The position numbers and the translations under genes were made by a program. From contig NW_005434604.1 in assembly GCF_000315625.1 (NCBI RefSeq), positions 310,001 to 374,000 of the forward strand: DNA of 64,000 nucleotides, in the 5' to 3' direction. Position 1 is the first letter of the stretch. The number at the start of each line of letters is the position of its first letter. The DNA comes from Guillardia theta CCMP2712. Taxonomy: Eukaryota; Protista; Cryptophyta. Positions 1-12,489 of the stretch are shown in pieces. The notes under the pieces are model-generated. The model saw nothing but the letters and a program-made list of their open reading frames with translations, did no database searches and had not been told where the DNA came from.

Positions 1-358
1 ATCCTTTCTCCTGAGATATTGCGGCCCCGTGACGTCACTAACCTGGTCGACCACTATCACTTCCAGCAGCACTCCAGCAAACGCTCACCAGTTGTCGATG
101 GCCCATGAGGGCTCGTGGGACCTCAACGCCATAGTTCTGCTCTATCCTCATCGCATCCGATTCTGTGTCTCTCCCCAAAGACATGGTCTCCTCCTCCGAA
201 AACTTCAGATCCATCTCGTCCGAACTGGACCCTCCCCGAAGGCTCAGAAAGGGCGCGTGTGCGTGAGAAGTGAGACCAGCGCATTGCACGGAATCAACAC
301 CGCAACCATGAAGCTGCGATACCAGAGACAACACGACTACCAACCCCACTGCCCCCAT
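1..358 (-). CDS. 5' part of a gene running off the window: signal-peptide protein with an LRGG motif
   Basis: ORF 38..358 starts with hydrophobic MGAVGLVVVLSLVSQLHGC followed by ...FLSLRGG; probable intron near 85. Confidence 0.5.
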
Positions 359-544
359 GCCCTTATGTCCGTTTGTAGCTGCGTTTCGTCATGAACATGT
401 TCTCGTCACTTCGCTATCATGGCTGCATGCTGATCGTCGCGCTACCTGCCATCGGCCTTGATACCCTCCCTCGCCTGCCGCACTAACCTCCTGCACAGTC
501 GCATTGCCATGCAAGGCACTGCCAGGGATTTTCGTTGACCAGCC

Positions 545-1140
545 CGCCTCAGTGAAAGTTTTGGATGTGACTCACTACTGTCAGTGACACTGCCGTCGTC
601 CACCGGCCCCGGGCCCCTCACCGCCGGTTCAAGCCGGGCTGAAAATCACGGTCCGGGACTCGGTCGGACCCGGGCTGGACCGGGCCGGCGGCTTCCGAGT
701 GACTGGGCCGTCTGCCGGCCCGACAGCAGCGGGCAGAAACAGTGGCTTGAACCAACGCAGAAGTTTCCTGCGCGGGGCCGACCCGGTCACCGGCGGCCCG
801 CCCCGGCGTTCGCAGTGTGGCCGGGCCCGCCCGGGTCTCGCCGCCCCCCCGGCTCTGGAAGTATGAGTTGTGACCTAAAGCACCTAGATAGGGTGGGGGT
901 CCTTCGAATGAGTACCCCCTACCCCTACAAACACTACCCTTACCTCCTTTTGGATACCACAATATGCAATAAAATGTAATATGGCACCCCACCCCCACAA
1001 ACAGAATTGTCAATTCGTTGTGAATTGGGCAAATGTATGGGGAAACTCAGGAAACTTTCTTGTTGCGCCATCTGCAACAACGGACTACCCCTAGTATGGT
1101 ACCCCCTACCCCCCATTTCACTCGATCACCCCTACCCCAA
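545..1140. other. GC-rich intergenic island A with TACCC/CACCCC-rich flank
   Basis: 545-860 dense in CCGG, GGCC, GACTC/GAGT and GTGAC; 880-1140 has many CTACCC/TACCCC; lies between divergent genes. Confidence 0.6.
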
Positions 1141-1160
1141 GGAAGTTCCTCAGACACGCC

Positions 1161-2872
1161 ATGCTAAGGATCCTCATCGCTCTTGCTGTCTGCGGCCATG
1201 CAGCAGCCTTCGCTCCCTCCCTGAACCCAGGTGTCACATGTCTTCTTCCTGCTCCTGCTCCTGCTCCTGCTCCTTATTCTCCTGCTCCTGCTCCTGCTCC
1301 TGCTCCTTATTCTCCTGCTCCTGCTCCTGCTACTGCTCCTGCTCCTGCTCCTGCTCCTTCTCATGTCCCTGAACCCAGGTGTCACATGTCTTCTTCCTGC
1401 TCCAGCTTCTCATTCTTCTGCTCCTTCTGATGTCCCTTCTTTTGTTTTTGTATTCTCTGCCATAAACAATGGCAAAACAATGCCATTTTACCTTCTCGCT
1501 TTGCACTTCTTTCTTCTTCCGACTTTCTCTCCTGTAACCATCACTCGTTTCATCCTTATCGTCTGTGTCAGGACGTTTGGCCCTCAGGAAGTCGCAGCCT
1601 TGCCCTCTCAAGCCTGCCCACCTTCCCGCTATCCTCTCGGACAAGCAGCACTCTGTGCCAGCAGTTGCACAGCAGGCTACTAAGGGCATCTCCTTCCCCC
1701 AGGTAAAGACGCCTGCCCTCAAGTTTGCATCTGACGTGCGTCAGCTCGACGGCAAGGGTATGAGAGTTGGGATTGTTTCTACCCGATGGAACGCCGAGGT
1801 TGTGGTGAGATATGTCCATCTCGTTTGAACCAAGGCTGAAGTTGGTCCATGCCTGCCTCAACAGAACAAGCTCAAGGATGGAGCTCGGTGACGCATCAGG
1901 CTCATCAGTGCCGTCTTCTTACTGATCGCTGGTTCGCAGTGCTGGTCTCAAAGAATGCCAAGTCGAAGACTCGAATGTCGTCGAGTTCGAGGTGAACACA
2001 ACTCCTCAGCCCCTTCTCAGTTTGGGTCTGATCTACATCTACATCTACATCTGCATCCGCATCTACAACTCTGATACCTTCATGTTCATGTTCATCGTGG
2101 TAACGCAGCATCGTGTCAGGTTCCAGGATCCTGGGAGCTGCCTCTTGCCTGCCGCTACATGGCTCAGACACAGAAGGTGGACGCCATCATCGCCATTGGA
2201 GTGAGCGAAGAGTTGCCATGCTCGCCGGATGATAACAGAGGCGTCAGGTCCTCGTCAAGGGCGAGACGGACCACTATGACATGATCAAGGACGCTGCTAC
2301 CGACGCGCTCATGATGGTAGAGCAGCTCGCTGTAGCGGGCCGCGATCGCTGATTCTTATGTTGCCCCAGCTCGGCCTCGAGACTGGGATCCCCGTGCTCA
2401 ATGGAATCCTTGGATGCCACACTATGGAGCAGGTAAGGAGATGGGAGGCAGTGGGGAGGAGGAGGAGGAAGGGGCCCGGGGTGGGGGAAGGGAAGCAGGT
2501 CACTGTCTACTGGATGCATGATCTTCAACCTGTGCAGGCTGAGGCTAGAGCAACAGGAGACAACAACCATGGAGTGTGCGTTCTCGCTGCGGGAGCTGGT
2601 GGCTGGTTGACTTGCTGCAGGTGGTGGGGGAAGACTGCGATCGAGATGGCTACCCTGCGAGCGACGCAGATGGGCAAGGTGAGGAGGGAAGACGAAGTAT
2701 GCGGGGGATGCAGAAAGGATGTGGAGTGGGAAGAGTAGTGGGAGAGGAAGGGAAGGTGGTGAAAGATAAACCAACCAAAGGGAGGAAGGGAGGACGGAGG
2801 GTGCGACTGACTAGATGCTTGTAGGGACCCATCGCAGCTTCTGGAGTGGAGAAGAAGAAAGTTTTGTTCTAA
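1161..2872 (+). CDS. ribH: 6,7-dimethyl-8-ribityllumazine synthase, plastid-targeted, about 10 exons
   Basis: Spliced: MLRILIALAVCGHAAAFAP (signal + FAP) ... MRVGIVSTRWNAEVV / VPGSWELPLAC / VDAIIAIG / VLVKGETDHYD / TGIPVLNGILGC / QAEARA..NHG / WGKTAIEM; TAA at 2870-2872. Confidence 0.93.
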
Positions 2873-3152
2873 GTGCTGGCAATCTCGAGAGTCCGTTTCG
2901 GTCTTCTGCTATGCTTTCGCAAGGAATTTTCAACCTGAGAGAGGGACCAGTTTGACTAGTAAACGATCAAAACTTGAATTTCGCGCTCTCCACATGATTT
3001 TCGCAAGCAGAACTTTTGAGAATGTCGAGGACATTCACTTCAAATTAACTAGATGAGATTTCCCCGCCCTCAACTCATACCACAAGACGACATGAAGTTA
3101 TTAGGGTTTATTTTGTCACACGTACACTCTACTATCTCCCCTCCTCACCCGT

Positions 3153-4736
3153 TCACTTCTCGCTCTTCTTACCGAACTGCTTCTCAGTGCATTCTTCACC
3201 CTGGATGGCGGTAGAGAAACCAACACCGTACATCGTCTGGAGCGTTCGGTCGATGAGATCAGCACCCGACCACTTCTGGTGCGTCAGCGTGTCGACTTCC
3301 TCCTCCGACTCAGGTCTCTGCACACCCTCCACGTATCCGAGCATCGACTGCTCCTCCACAAGGGTGCGGCATAGCCGGTTGGCGCTAAGGGAGGAGATGT
3401 GGAAGCCTGCGAGGGTCACGAACTGCCACACGAACCCGAGCTTTCCGAGCTCCTTGCAGAAGTTGTGCATCTCCGCATCCGTCATGCCGGCCGCGTCCCA
3501 GTTGAAGGAAGGAGAGAGGTTGTAGGCGAGGTACGGCTTCTGGCCCTGCCCATACACGTCTTCGAGCCCCTTGGAGAGCTTCTGGGCGTCGGCGAGGATA
3601 GGCTTGGCGGTCTCGGCCCACAGGATGTCAGCGTAAGGAGCGAAGTGTCGGAGGCGATGGATGCAGCTGTCGATGCCGGGCTGCATGGCAAAGTAGCCTT
3701 CTCGGGTCCGAGGAAGCTCCCAGCACCAGAAGATGTCCTGACCTCCCAACAGCTCCTTCGCAAGGATCCGCGCGTCCTCGTGTGCGATGCCAGGGAACGC
3801 GGAGTTCTCTTTGTTCCACTTTTCCAACTTCCAATCCTCGGCGCCCTTGGCCTTGAGCTCCCGCAGCACAGCTTTATGGTACGTCATGACTGGGTGCTGC
3901 TCCTTCCATGCCGCCACCTCAGCAGGTGACTCTGCGTTTCTGTAAGGCTTCGCCTTGGGGTCAGTGGTGCCCTGGATGAAGACATGATCCCTCGGATCCT
4001 GATTCGATTCGATCAGCTTGGCTGCTTCGGCATCTGTACGCGCAACAAGGACGGTGTCTGCTCCGAGGATGTCGCACTGCAGGCGGGCAGCCATAAGACG
4101 GTCGATGTGCTCCCTTGTGGACACCAGCACCTTTCCTCCCATGTGTCCGCATTTCTTCGCTCCGTGCTTCTGGTCCTCGAAGTGGATCCCAGACGCTCCG
4201 GATTCCACCATGGACTTGGTGAGGCGCATCACGGCCGTCATGCCACCATGCCCGGTGTCTCCGTCGGCGATGATAGGGCGGAGGTAATCGATCCCCTTGT
4301 CGAAGCTTCCCTTGGTCCATTGCGCTTCGAATTGTTTCCGGTCATGAAACTGCTGAGCTCGGAACAATCTCTCCACGTGCTTAGGGACAGTGTCGAAGGG
4401 ATAATCGGCGAGATCAGGGCCAGGCTCCATGAGAGTGGAGTGATGGGAGGAAGCCTGCCAACCTGACACGTAGATGGTCTCGGCAAACTGAACCATCTGC
4501 GTGAGCTGAGCGACATCCAGGCATCCAAACGTCACTGTGCATCTGTCCTGCTCTCGGAGGCTCTTGATAAGCTCGAACAACTTGGCGGCTGTAAGGGATG
4601 ACGCCGGGCGAGGCCATTCCACGGATCCTCGAAGCCTAGCCACGTCCTCTCCATTGTAGTTTCGGAAAGTGCGCTTGAATCGATCCGAGAACATCCAAGC
4701 TTCGATCTGCTTTACTCGCTGTTCGTGTGAGATCAT
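3153..4736 (-). CDS. ICL1: isocitrate lyase, intronless, 527 aa
   Basis: IYVSGWQ, PDLADYP, PIIADGDTGHGG, HFEDQ, catalytic KKCGHMGGKVLV, ARTDA, LAYNLSPSFNW, WQFVTLAGFH. Confidence 0.96.
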   Translation of the reverse strand: MISHEQRVKQIEAWMFSDRFKRTFRNYNGEDVARLRGSVEWPRPASSLTAAKLFELIKSLREQDRCTVTFGCLDVAQLTQMVQFAETIYVSGWQASSHHSTLMEPGPDLADYPFDTVPKHVERLFRAQQFHDRKQFEAQWTKGSFDKGIDYLRPIIADGDTGHGGMTAVMRLTKSMVESGASGIHFEDQKHGAKKCGHMGGKVLVSTREHIDRLMAARLQCDILGADTVLVARTDAEAAKLIESNQDPRDHVFIQGTTDPKAKPYRNAESPAEVAAWKEQHPVMTYHKAVLRELKAKGAEDWKLEKWNKENSAFPGIAHEDARILAKELLGGQDIFWCWELPRTREGYFAMQPGIDSCIHRLRHFAPYADILWAETAKPILADAQKLSKGLEDVYGQGQKPYLAYNLSPSFNWDAAGMTDAEMHNFCKELGKLGFVWQFVTLAGFHISSLSANRLCRTLVEEQSMLGYVEGVQRPESEEEVDTLTHQKWSGADLIDRTLQTMYGVGFSTAIQGEECTEKQFGKKSEK

Positions 4737-5319
4737 GTGACGCGGGTTCTTGCTATCAGATCTGATCCCAAAAGGTGCCCAAGCACTTCCAGGAGGTGGG
4801 GTGGCAAACTTAGACTTCTTTGAATCCCCGAAGCCCTGGTTGCATCGTCAGAACAAAAGTAACTTCACTCAACTCGACGCACCGGTGCAGGCATGTCGAA
4901 GGATGAACGAGCAGTCGGCTCGCTATGCGACCAACCATACTTTTGCTCTGAAAGAAGTCTAGAAGAAATGTGCAGCTTGCGAGCAGCTGCTTGAGCTGAC
5001 CTACAAACATCCAAGTTTCAATCTTGGTTTCTCACGTCTCGCCACGAAAACACGTACACTTGCTGTCTACTGCACGTCTTGAAATCAACATGAACATATC
5101 AAAGGATCTTGTCGTACAGATCCTTGCAAAAATTAATCTAAATCATCAAGATCCTCACCAACTCTATGCTTTCAATCACTCCATTAGCCATATCAAACTT
5201 ATTTTCTTTTGTTTCTCAAGCACTTTCCGTGTTCTCCTCTCCTCCACCGCTTCTGCCACCGCCGCCTTCACGACATGCACTTACCTTGCGCCTCCTGGTG
5301 CCATGGTGCTCCGACAAAC

Positions 5320-6760
5320 TTTTTCCACCCCTTCCCTTTTATACCCTGCTCATAGCACACCCCTACCACCTCGGCCCTTCATTGTCAACCACCTACCCTA
5401 CTGTAAAGTGCTAATTGCGCCTGCTCCGCACATTTTTCAGGGAAAAGTCCGGGTATTTTTAGGGAAAATCAGGGGTACTGAGAAGACCCCTGCAACAAGC
5501 TAGATACACCCTTCTCGACCACCCCACGATTTGTATACCCCACCCCCAAGGTTCAATTTTTTCCAGCCTCCAATCGGGGATCACCCCCACCCCCCCTTTG
5601 CCCAATATCTCAATGAAGGGACTTTTAAATCACTTATTGGATTGATCCAAAGACGAAAAGATATTTTATCGATAATTTGAGGAGTCACTTCTGCTCAAAA
5701 TGACTATTTTCACCATCTTAAAACTACTTATTAGTTATCCCCATACCATTTCGCCCCCACCAGGCCCCCCCGACCAGTTACTTGACTACCCCACCCCTCC
5801 CTCGGACCTCAGGGAATCCCCCGAAGTTCTGCATTGCGACCACCAGGCCTACACCAGCGCGCGGCCCTCCCCCTTCGCCCCCAGTCATTTATAACTCCCC
5901 GTCTCGAGTTTTAACCGCGCTCCGTCACAGGCCGGGCCGGGCGCGTCAGTTTCAAATTTCAACTACGTACTACGCAGTTGAAATTTGTGACAGTGTTGAG
6001 GCTGCTCGGAGTCCGATCACCGCCGGTGTAACCACGGTGACCGTACGGTACCGCCGTATCAGCACGGTCCGATCGACCATTGAGAGAACCGTTCGGACTG
6101 GCTAAAACGTGACGGTGCCACGGCCCGGGTGACGCGGCCGTACCGGAATCTGAGGCCGGGGCCGGTCAGCCAGTGACTCTGGCACCCGGCGGGCCGGGTC
6201 TTGCCGGCGGGCCCGCTGGGCCCCCGCCGTCGTCCGACAGAGGAAGTCAACAAGGACAGCTTTTCCTTTGATAGTCCAAAAATTCGCTGCCTTTTGTATC
6301 TCCTAGCAAATCGGCCGTTTTCCAACCGCCAGACTCTGCACCCACCCCTATGCAGGAGCGACCAGACCCCCATAGATCTCGTTCAACCCCCCAAATAATC
6401 ACCCCACCCTACTGTCTTCCAAAGTATTTTAGCCACAATTTCCGTTTGTACCCCTACTTTCTAATGCAGAGTACCCTACAATATCTGGTTTTCGATTCAA
6501 TCCTTTGGGATAACCCTACGTCGCATACACCAACCCCATCATTGAAAACCACCACCCCACCACCTAGCTTTGGTTTACTACCCCACGGGTTCGAATTTCA
6601 TCACCCTACCATTGCACAGAGCGATCATAATGATTACTTATGACCCCTACATGGAGTGGTCAAAGTAGGGGTGAATGCCTCTAAAAGTCAACCCCTACCC
6701 CCTGCCGAAAGGTGTTTTGTCCATAGTACCCCATCCAATCCCTTACCCACCAGGAGACTT
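5320..6760. other. GC-rich intergenic island B (core 5850-6240) with TACCC-rich flanks on both sides
   Basis: core has CCGTACGGTACCG, GGAGTC, GTGAC and CCGG; hairpin at 5953-5987; flanks rich in CTACCC/CACCCC. Confidence 0.6.
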
Positions 6761-7123
6761 CGCGCCATGTACTGCTGAGTTGGTGGGGAGCAAGGAGACA
6801 GGCACACAGGGAGGTGGGGACGTGGGGAAGGAGATGTTGTCAGGATAGATCAAGCGAAGCATTGCTGATCGGTATAGCTGCATAACTTGCTATGGAACAA
6901 TACGTCATCGTTTACCTCTGTGTGGAAGTGCAAAACAGGAAGTTAGTCTACTTGGGGCGTTGGGCTATTTTCAAGTGTTGGGATGTCATACACACGCTGC
7001 GTGCTTTGATACTTTTCAAGAGCCGCTATGATGTTCAACATAGAGTCTGATTTGATCTGCTTCAGAGTTTGGATTTCACGGATTGGTAAATCTTGCTATA
7101 GAAGCCGCGCGTAATCAAGCAGG

Positions 7124-10100
7124 ATGGCTGACGGGGAGAGTGTCCGAGTTGCCGTTCGAGTTAGGCCTTTCAATCAGGTATAGACAATGACACGATGTAA
7201 GTTCCGAGGTGATGGTGCCGTTTTGCAGCGTGAGAAGGACAGAGACTCAAAACTATGCGTCAGAATGTTGGGTCTGTGAAAGACTCGATGTCATAGAAGT
7301 GAGCTGGGTCTGAAATGCTATCTAGGACCCACGACAACGGTGATCAACCCAGAAGATGGCAAAGATAAGAGCTTCACGTTCGATTTCAGCTACTGGTCCC
7401 ATGATGGGTATGATAACTGTGCTGTTTCGGTGAGTTGGATTGAAATCCCCAGGGAACGAATGCGTCCGGACGGATATAATGAGTGTGGTGGAGAAGGAAT
7501 GGTGAGTAAGACACACATTTTCTGAACAACTCTGAGAATCCCTCGGGAGATTGTTTCCTGACCAATTATGTTTATTTGCAGGGGACTGATGGTGCTACAT
7601 ATGCTGATCAGAAGAAGGTTTTCGATGACCTCGGACAGGTCATTGAAAGCCATAGCCGTGTGGAAGAGTGTAAGCTTTACCTAGGGCGTTCTAAACAATG
7701 CATATGAGGGATATAATTCTTGGTACTTTGCATTATCAAAGATTTTTATGGATCTTGATGCCCATTTCAGCTTGTTTGCGTATGGGCAAACGGGTGCAGG
7801 AAAATCGTATAGTATGGTTGGCTATGGTGTCAACAAAGGTTATTCTAAACTTAAGCATTATCTTCAACGCTGATAGTCCATGGATTAGGAATTGTTCCAA
7901 TATCTTGTGATGAGATCTTCAAGAGAATCGAAGAGCAAAAGGCTTCAAGTCCAGACAAATATCAGGTCCAACCGATTTCTGGAGTCTGTGTTTCCCTTAT
8001 TTATGCTTTCACTTCATTTTCGGAAATTGCTCTTCTACTTCATGTTTGGATTTGACTTGACTCCTTGCACAGTTTCAAGTTACGATTCAAATGTTGGAAA
8101 TTTATAACGAACAGGTAAAACTCCCATTCCTTGTGTCATGAATTTTTAATATTTTTCCTCTCAGGTTCGAGATCTATTCTCCAAAACGAATCCATCTGGC
8201 GGACTCAAAGTAGGTTCACATCTCTTCTTCATGCTCTAAAATACCTTCAAGGTACGCATGAATCCGAAAAGTGGGGTCGAAGTAGTCGGCTTGACAGAAT
8301 GGCCGGTTGGGAGGTAAAAAGCATTTTGCTTGACCCAACTTGACCGAACTTGATTTTTCAGCTACCAAGAGATCGATGAACGCATTGAAACAGGTTCTGA
8401 GGCATGTTTGCATTGTTCAATCTGTCAACCATTGCCCTGCAGCAACCAAAAACAGGACCGTTGCGTCCACAAACATGAATGCCACGTCTTCTAGGGCACA
8501 TACAGTAGTGACGATCACATACACTCAGGCAACGTCTCAGGGATAGAATGCATGATATTCTAACAAACAAATACAGTTGGAACTGAACGCAAAGGGCCCA
8601 GGGAAACATTCTGAGAAGAAGGTCAGCGCCTTGTTCAATAGATCCCACTGATGATGAAGGGCTGCAGGCCAAAATGAATCTTGTTGACCTTGCGGGCTCC
8701 GAACGTGCAGAGAGCACAGGAGCAACAGGAGATCGATTGAAAGAAGGCGCAGCGATCAACCTTTCACTCACTATGTTAGGTATACAGCCAGGATTGTTGT
8801 TTCCTCGCATCCTCACAGATGGTTTTAAGGAAATGTGATCACTGCGTTGGCTGAGAGGTCGAACAATCCTAACAAGAAAGTTCTCATCCCGTATGACTGA
8901 TATATACAAAAAGTTTTTTTCGATATTAATCTTGGACTCGACGCTAATCAGATATCGAGACTCGAAATTGACTTGCATCCTGCAAGATGCCCTTGGTGGC
9001 AACTCAAAAACGATCATGGTGAGGCTTGAAATCCACCTTGTAATAGTTGGCTTATCTGTATTTGCAGGTTTGCGCTATCTCTCCAGCAGACATTAATTTT
9101 GAAGAGGTGCTCAACGATCCGAAGGAGCTGCTCTGTGATGCAATTCAAACAGACGGTGGGCACACTCCGATATGCTGATCGAGCCAAGCAGATCAAGAAT
9201 AAACCAAAGGTCATCTTACCCGACAGCAAGAAGTCTGCTGATAGCCTTGCAGGTCAACATCGATCCAACCGAAATGTTGATCCAGCAGCTCAAGGAGGAG
9301 GTGAGAGCATGCGACCACCAATGAAGTCTGGTTCACTGGTGAAACAGAACGAGAGATTGAAGCAGCAGATGGGCACTGGTGGAGGTCCACCAGGAACTGT
9401 CATGACAGAGGAAGAGAAAGAAGCGATGAAGAAGCAGGTCTGATCCTGACGCCCGAGAATGAGGTCACTCACTGGTGTACGTTCACAGTTGGAAGACGAA
9501 ATGGCGGCTAAAATGGCAGAGAATGAGAAGATGCTGGCCGAGATGTCCAAGGTGGCTATTGGTGTGCTTGCAGTTGGCCCAAGGATGATGGCAACTTTCA
9601 GAGTTGGGAGGAGAAGCTCAAGGAGGCGCAAGAGAAGGTCAGGATGCCATGCTTCCCAACCCTCCCTCCTTGCTTCTCTGCTTTCCTTGACCATTGGGCA
9701 GGCTGCTGCCGAAGGAGGGAGCGCGCAATCCGAGCAAAAGCGCCGCGAGGTACGATATGAGACGGCCAGGAGGAGAAACGTTGACATGATCTCACGCAGA
9801 CTGAGCCGCATATTCTCAATATCAACGAGGACCCAGTCTTGTCCAGGGCGATCTGTTACTTCTTCCCTTTGGGCGAAGAGATCAATATCGGAAATCGCGA
9901 CCGTCCTGGAGAGGTGATCCGTTCAGTCTCGGACCTAGTAGCTGATCATGTCGACCCATCTTTGCAGGAAGAGATATTGTTGGGAGGCGTCAGCATCCGA
10001 CCCGATCATTGTCGTGTTACAAATACTGACGGCAAGCTGATCATGGGAGTACGTGAAGAGGTCTTGGCTTCCCTCGCTTCCATCGTTGGAGTTCTGATAC

Positions 10101-12115
10101 GTTGTTTGCAGTGCAAAGTTCTGCTCAATGGTGCTGACGTCACTGGCAAGAGCGACCTTGAACTTCATCACAACGACAGGCTCCTTATCGGAACCAACTA
10201 CTACTTTGTTGTTGTGCACCCTTCGGAGAGGGATACTTCACCGCCAGAAGAAGGATGGCCTGAAGTTACGTGGGACATGTTCCAGCGAGAGATCGCCAAG
10301 GCACAAGGTCTCAATGTGGATGTGAACTGGGCGGCTATGACAGAGGAGGAGAAGAGGAGAGCCCTCCTGAACGATGAACTTGTACAAGTTATGCCACGAG
10401 TACAGGAAGCTAATGCTCTCAGTTCAGAGCTCAAGCGCGACATCAACTTCGAAACTAAAGTCACATCTGTTATGCACAAGACAGAAGGGACGGTCTCAGT
10501 TGTGATGGTCAAGGTGATTAATGAGGTGACGTCAGCAGAGTTCATCTGGGAGAAAGACAAGTTCATCAACCGGGTTTATCTAATGCGAGAGCTCTACTCC
10601 AAGTACCTGGAAGGCACGTTGGACCCAAGTCTATTCAACGGCGATCAGGATCCTTTCTGGGATCCGATCGAGCCTATGAACATCGGATACAGCACCATTT
10701 ACCTGAAGCCGCTGAGTTTCTGCATGCCTGCAGAAGACGACTATGCGATCTACTATGATTCCCAGCAAGCCGGTATCATGCATGTCAAGATTGAACCCTG
10801 CAAGCCAGACGGGGCTATTGTGGATGAGGAAGAAGAAGACGGGATCTATGACGACGTGGAAAACCCGAAGGATCTGCTGGGTCGCCGATTGGATGTGCTT
10901 GTGACTGTGTCGTATGCCAGAGGAATCAACAAGAAGTTTTCGTCAGAAGTTTACATCGAGTTCGAGTTTCCCAAGGCTCACAATCCAGAGAGAGAAGACG
11001 GGAGGTATTACACTCACAGCGTGAGGGACACCATGAATCCCAACTTCGACTTCAAGAAGCAGATCACCTGGGAGAAAGTCGACGACATCCTCCTCCACTT
11101 CCTCGAAACAGGCAGCGCGTACTTTCACGTCTTCGGCCTTCAGGAGGACAAGTCGGGCACTTCGGTGCAGCGAAAGAAGATGTTGAGCATGCAGCAAGTT
11201 GAGGAGCTACAGGCTAACTTCAAGAAGATGACGGACGACAAGGAGAGAAGCGACGACATCATGGGCAAGGTGCTGGAGAGGAGCGTGGTGGCTGGTAACA
11301 ACAGCGAGGCCACCGAGTCCTTCCTCCTCGAGATTGCAAACCTTCTGGCCGATGCCGGTTTCGATGTTCAGACCATCGTTGACGCCGCTCAGAACTCGAG
11401 CAAGAAGCTCGAGCAAGCTGCCAGCACCAGCTCAGCAACTCCGGAGGTGCAGGAAGGAGGGGGAGGCGACGCAGGGGAGCTCTCGGCGAAGCTTGAGGAA
11501 GCCATGAAGCAGATTGCAGCCAAGGACGCGGCGTTGAAGGCATCTGAGGAGCATGCTGCCACGATCGGCAAGCTGCAGGAGAAGATCAAAGAGCTGGAGG
11601 CGAGCAAACCAAGTGAAGGCGGAGGACCTGCTAGTCAGGGTGAAGCATCTGGGTTGGAGGAGGAGGTGAAGGAGCTGCGCAGTAAAGCCGCCATGGTCGA
11701 TGAGCTGCAGACGAAGATCAAGATACTCGAGAGCAAGGCAGCCGATCAACCCTCAACTGAGGGCAACTCGTCAGGCCAGGCTGATCAGGACAAGCAGCTG
11801 GAGGAAGCTCGGGCGCTCCTGGCGAAGAAAGAGGCAGAGCTGGTGGAGGCAAAAGCTGCAGAGGAGAAAGCACGAAGCCTTGCACGGGAGCAAGAGGAGA
11901 AGCACAAGGCAGAGCTGGCAGAGAAGGAGCAAGCATGGAAGTCACAGCAGCAGACGCCCGACAACGAGGAGCATCTCAAGAAGATCATCGAGCTGCAGGG
12001 CGAGAACTCCAAGTACAAGGAAGAGATTATCCAGCTCAAGGGTCAGCTGGACCTTGCAAGGTTGGAGGCAGAGACCGCGAAGAAGGCCGGGTCAAAGGGA
12101 TGCAGCATCCAGTAG
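7124..12115 (+). CDS. kinesin-3 family motor (KIF28/KIF13-like): motor, FHA, C2-like domain, coiled coil, C-terminal CaaX
   Basis: Spliced [119 protein letters not shown]; ends [11 protein letters not shown]. Confidence 0.95.
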
Positions 12116-12489
12116 ATGGACGTCAGATTAACGCACTCCCTTCGCCTGCCAGTATGCCTTTGTGCTCGCCTACCTCCGTCTTCCTCATCCTCAGCCGCCC
12201 CCACCCGCCCGCTCCTCGCCTCGCCTCTCCACCATCTCCTCCTCCTTCTTTACCTGCTGGCTATAGACGAGATGCTGATAGATTCTTACCGCGCGATATT
12301 CTGTGAAAGATACTGCTGATTCAAAAGTCGCGAAAGTTCCGCTGCAAGTTTCACATCTTATATAAAAGAATAACAGTTGTAGAAGTCGAGAGGGGAAAGG
12401 CAGAGACTAGAAGAGCCCAAGACCAGACACCCCGTCCCCCTCCCCCTCCCCCTCCTCCTTCCTCGCTTCACTCCCCCACTCCCACCCGC

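Noticed and set aside
584-1013. Arg/Pro/Gly-rich ORFs in GC islands (also 5782-6373, 28748-28981, 51258-51635)
   Set aside because: Stop-poor GC-rich noncoding DNA with no recognisable domains or splice structure.
3187-4617. Multiple ORFs overlapping isocitrate lyase
   Set aside because: Shadow ORFs from codon bias of the real gene.
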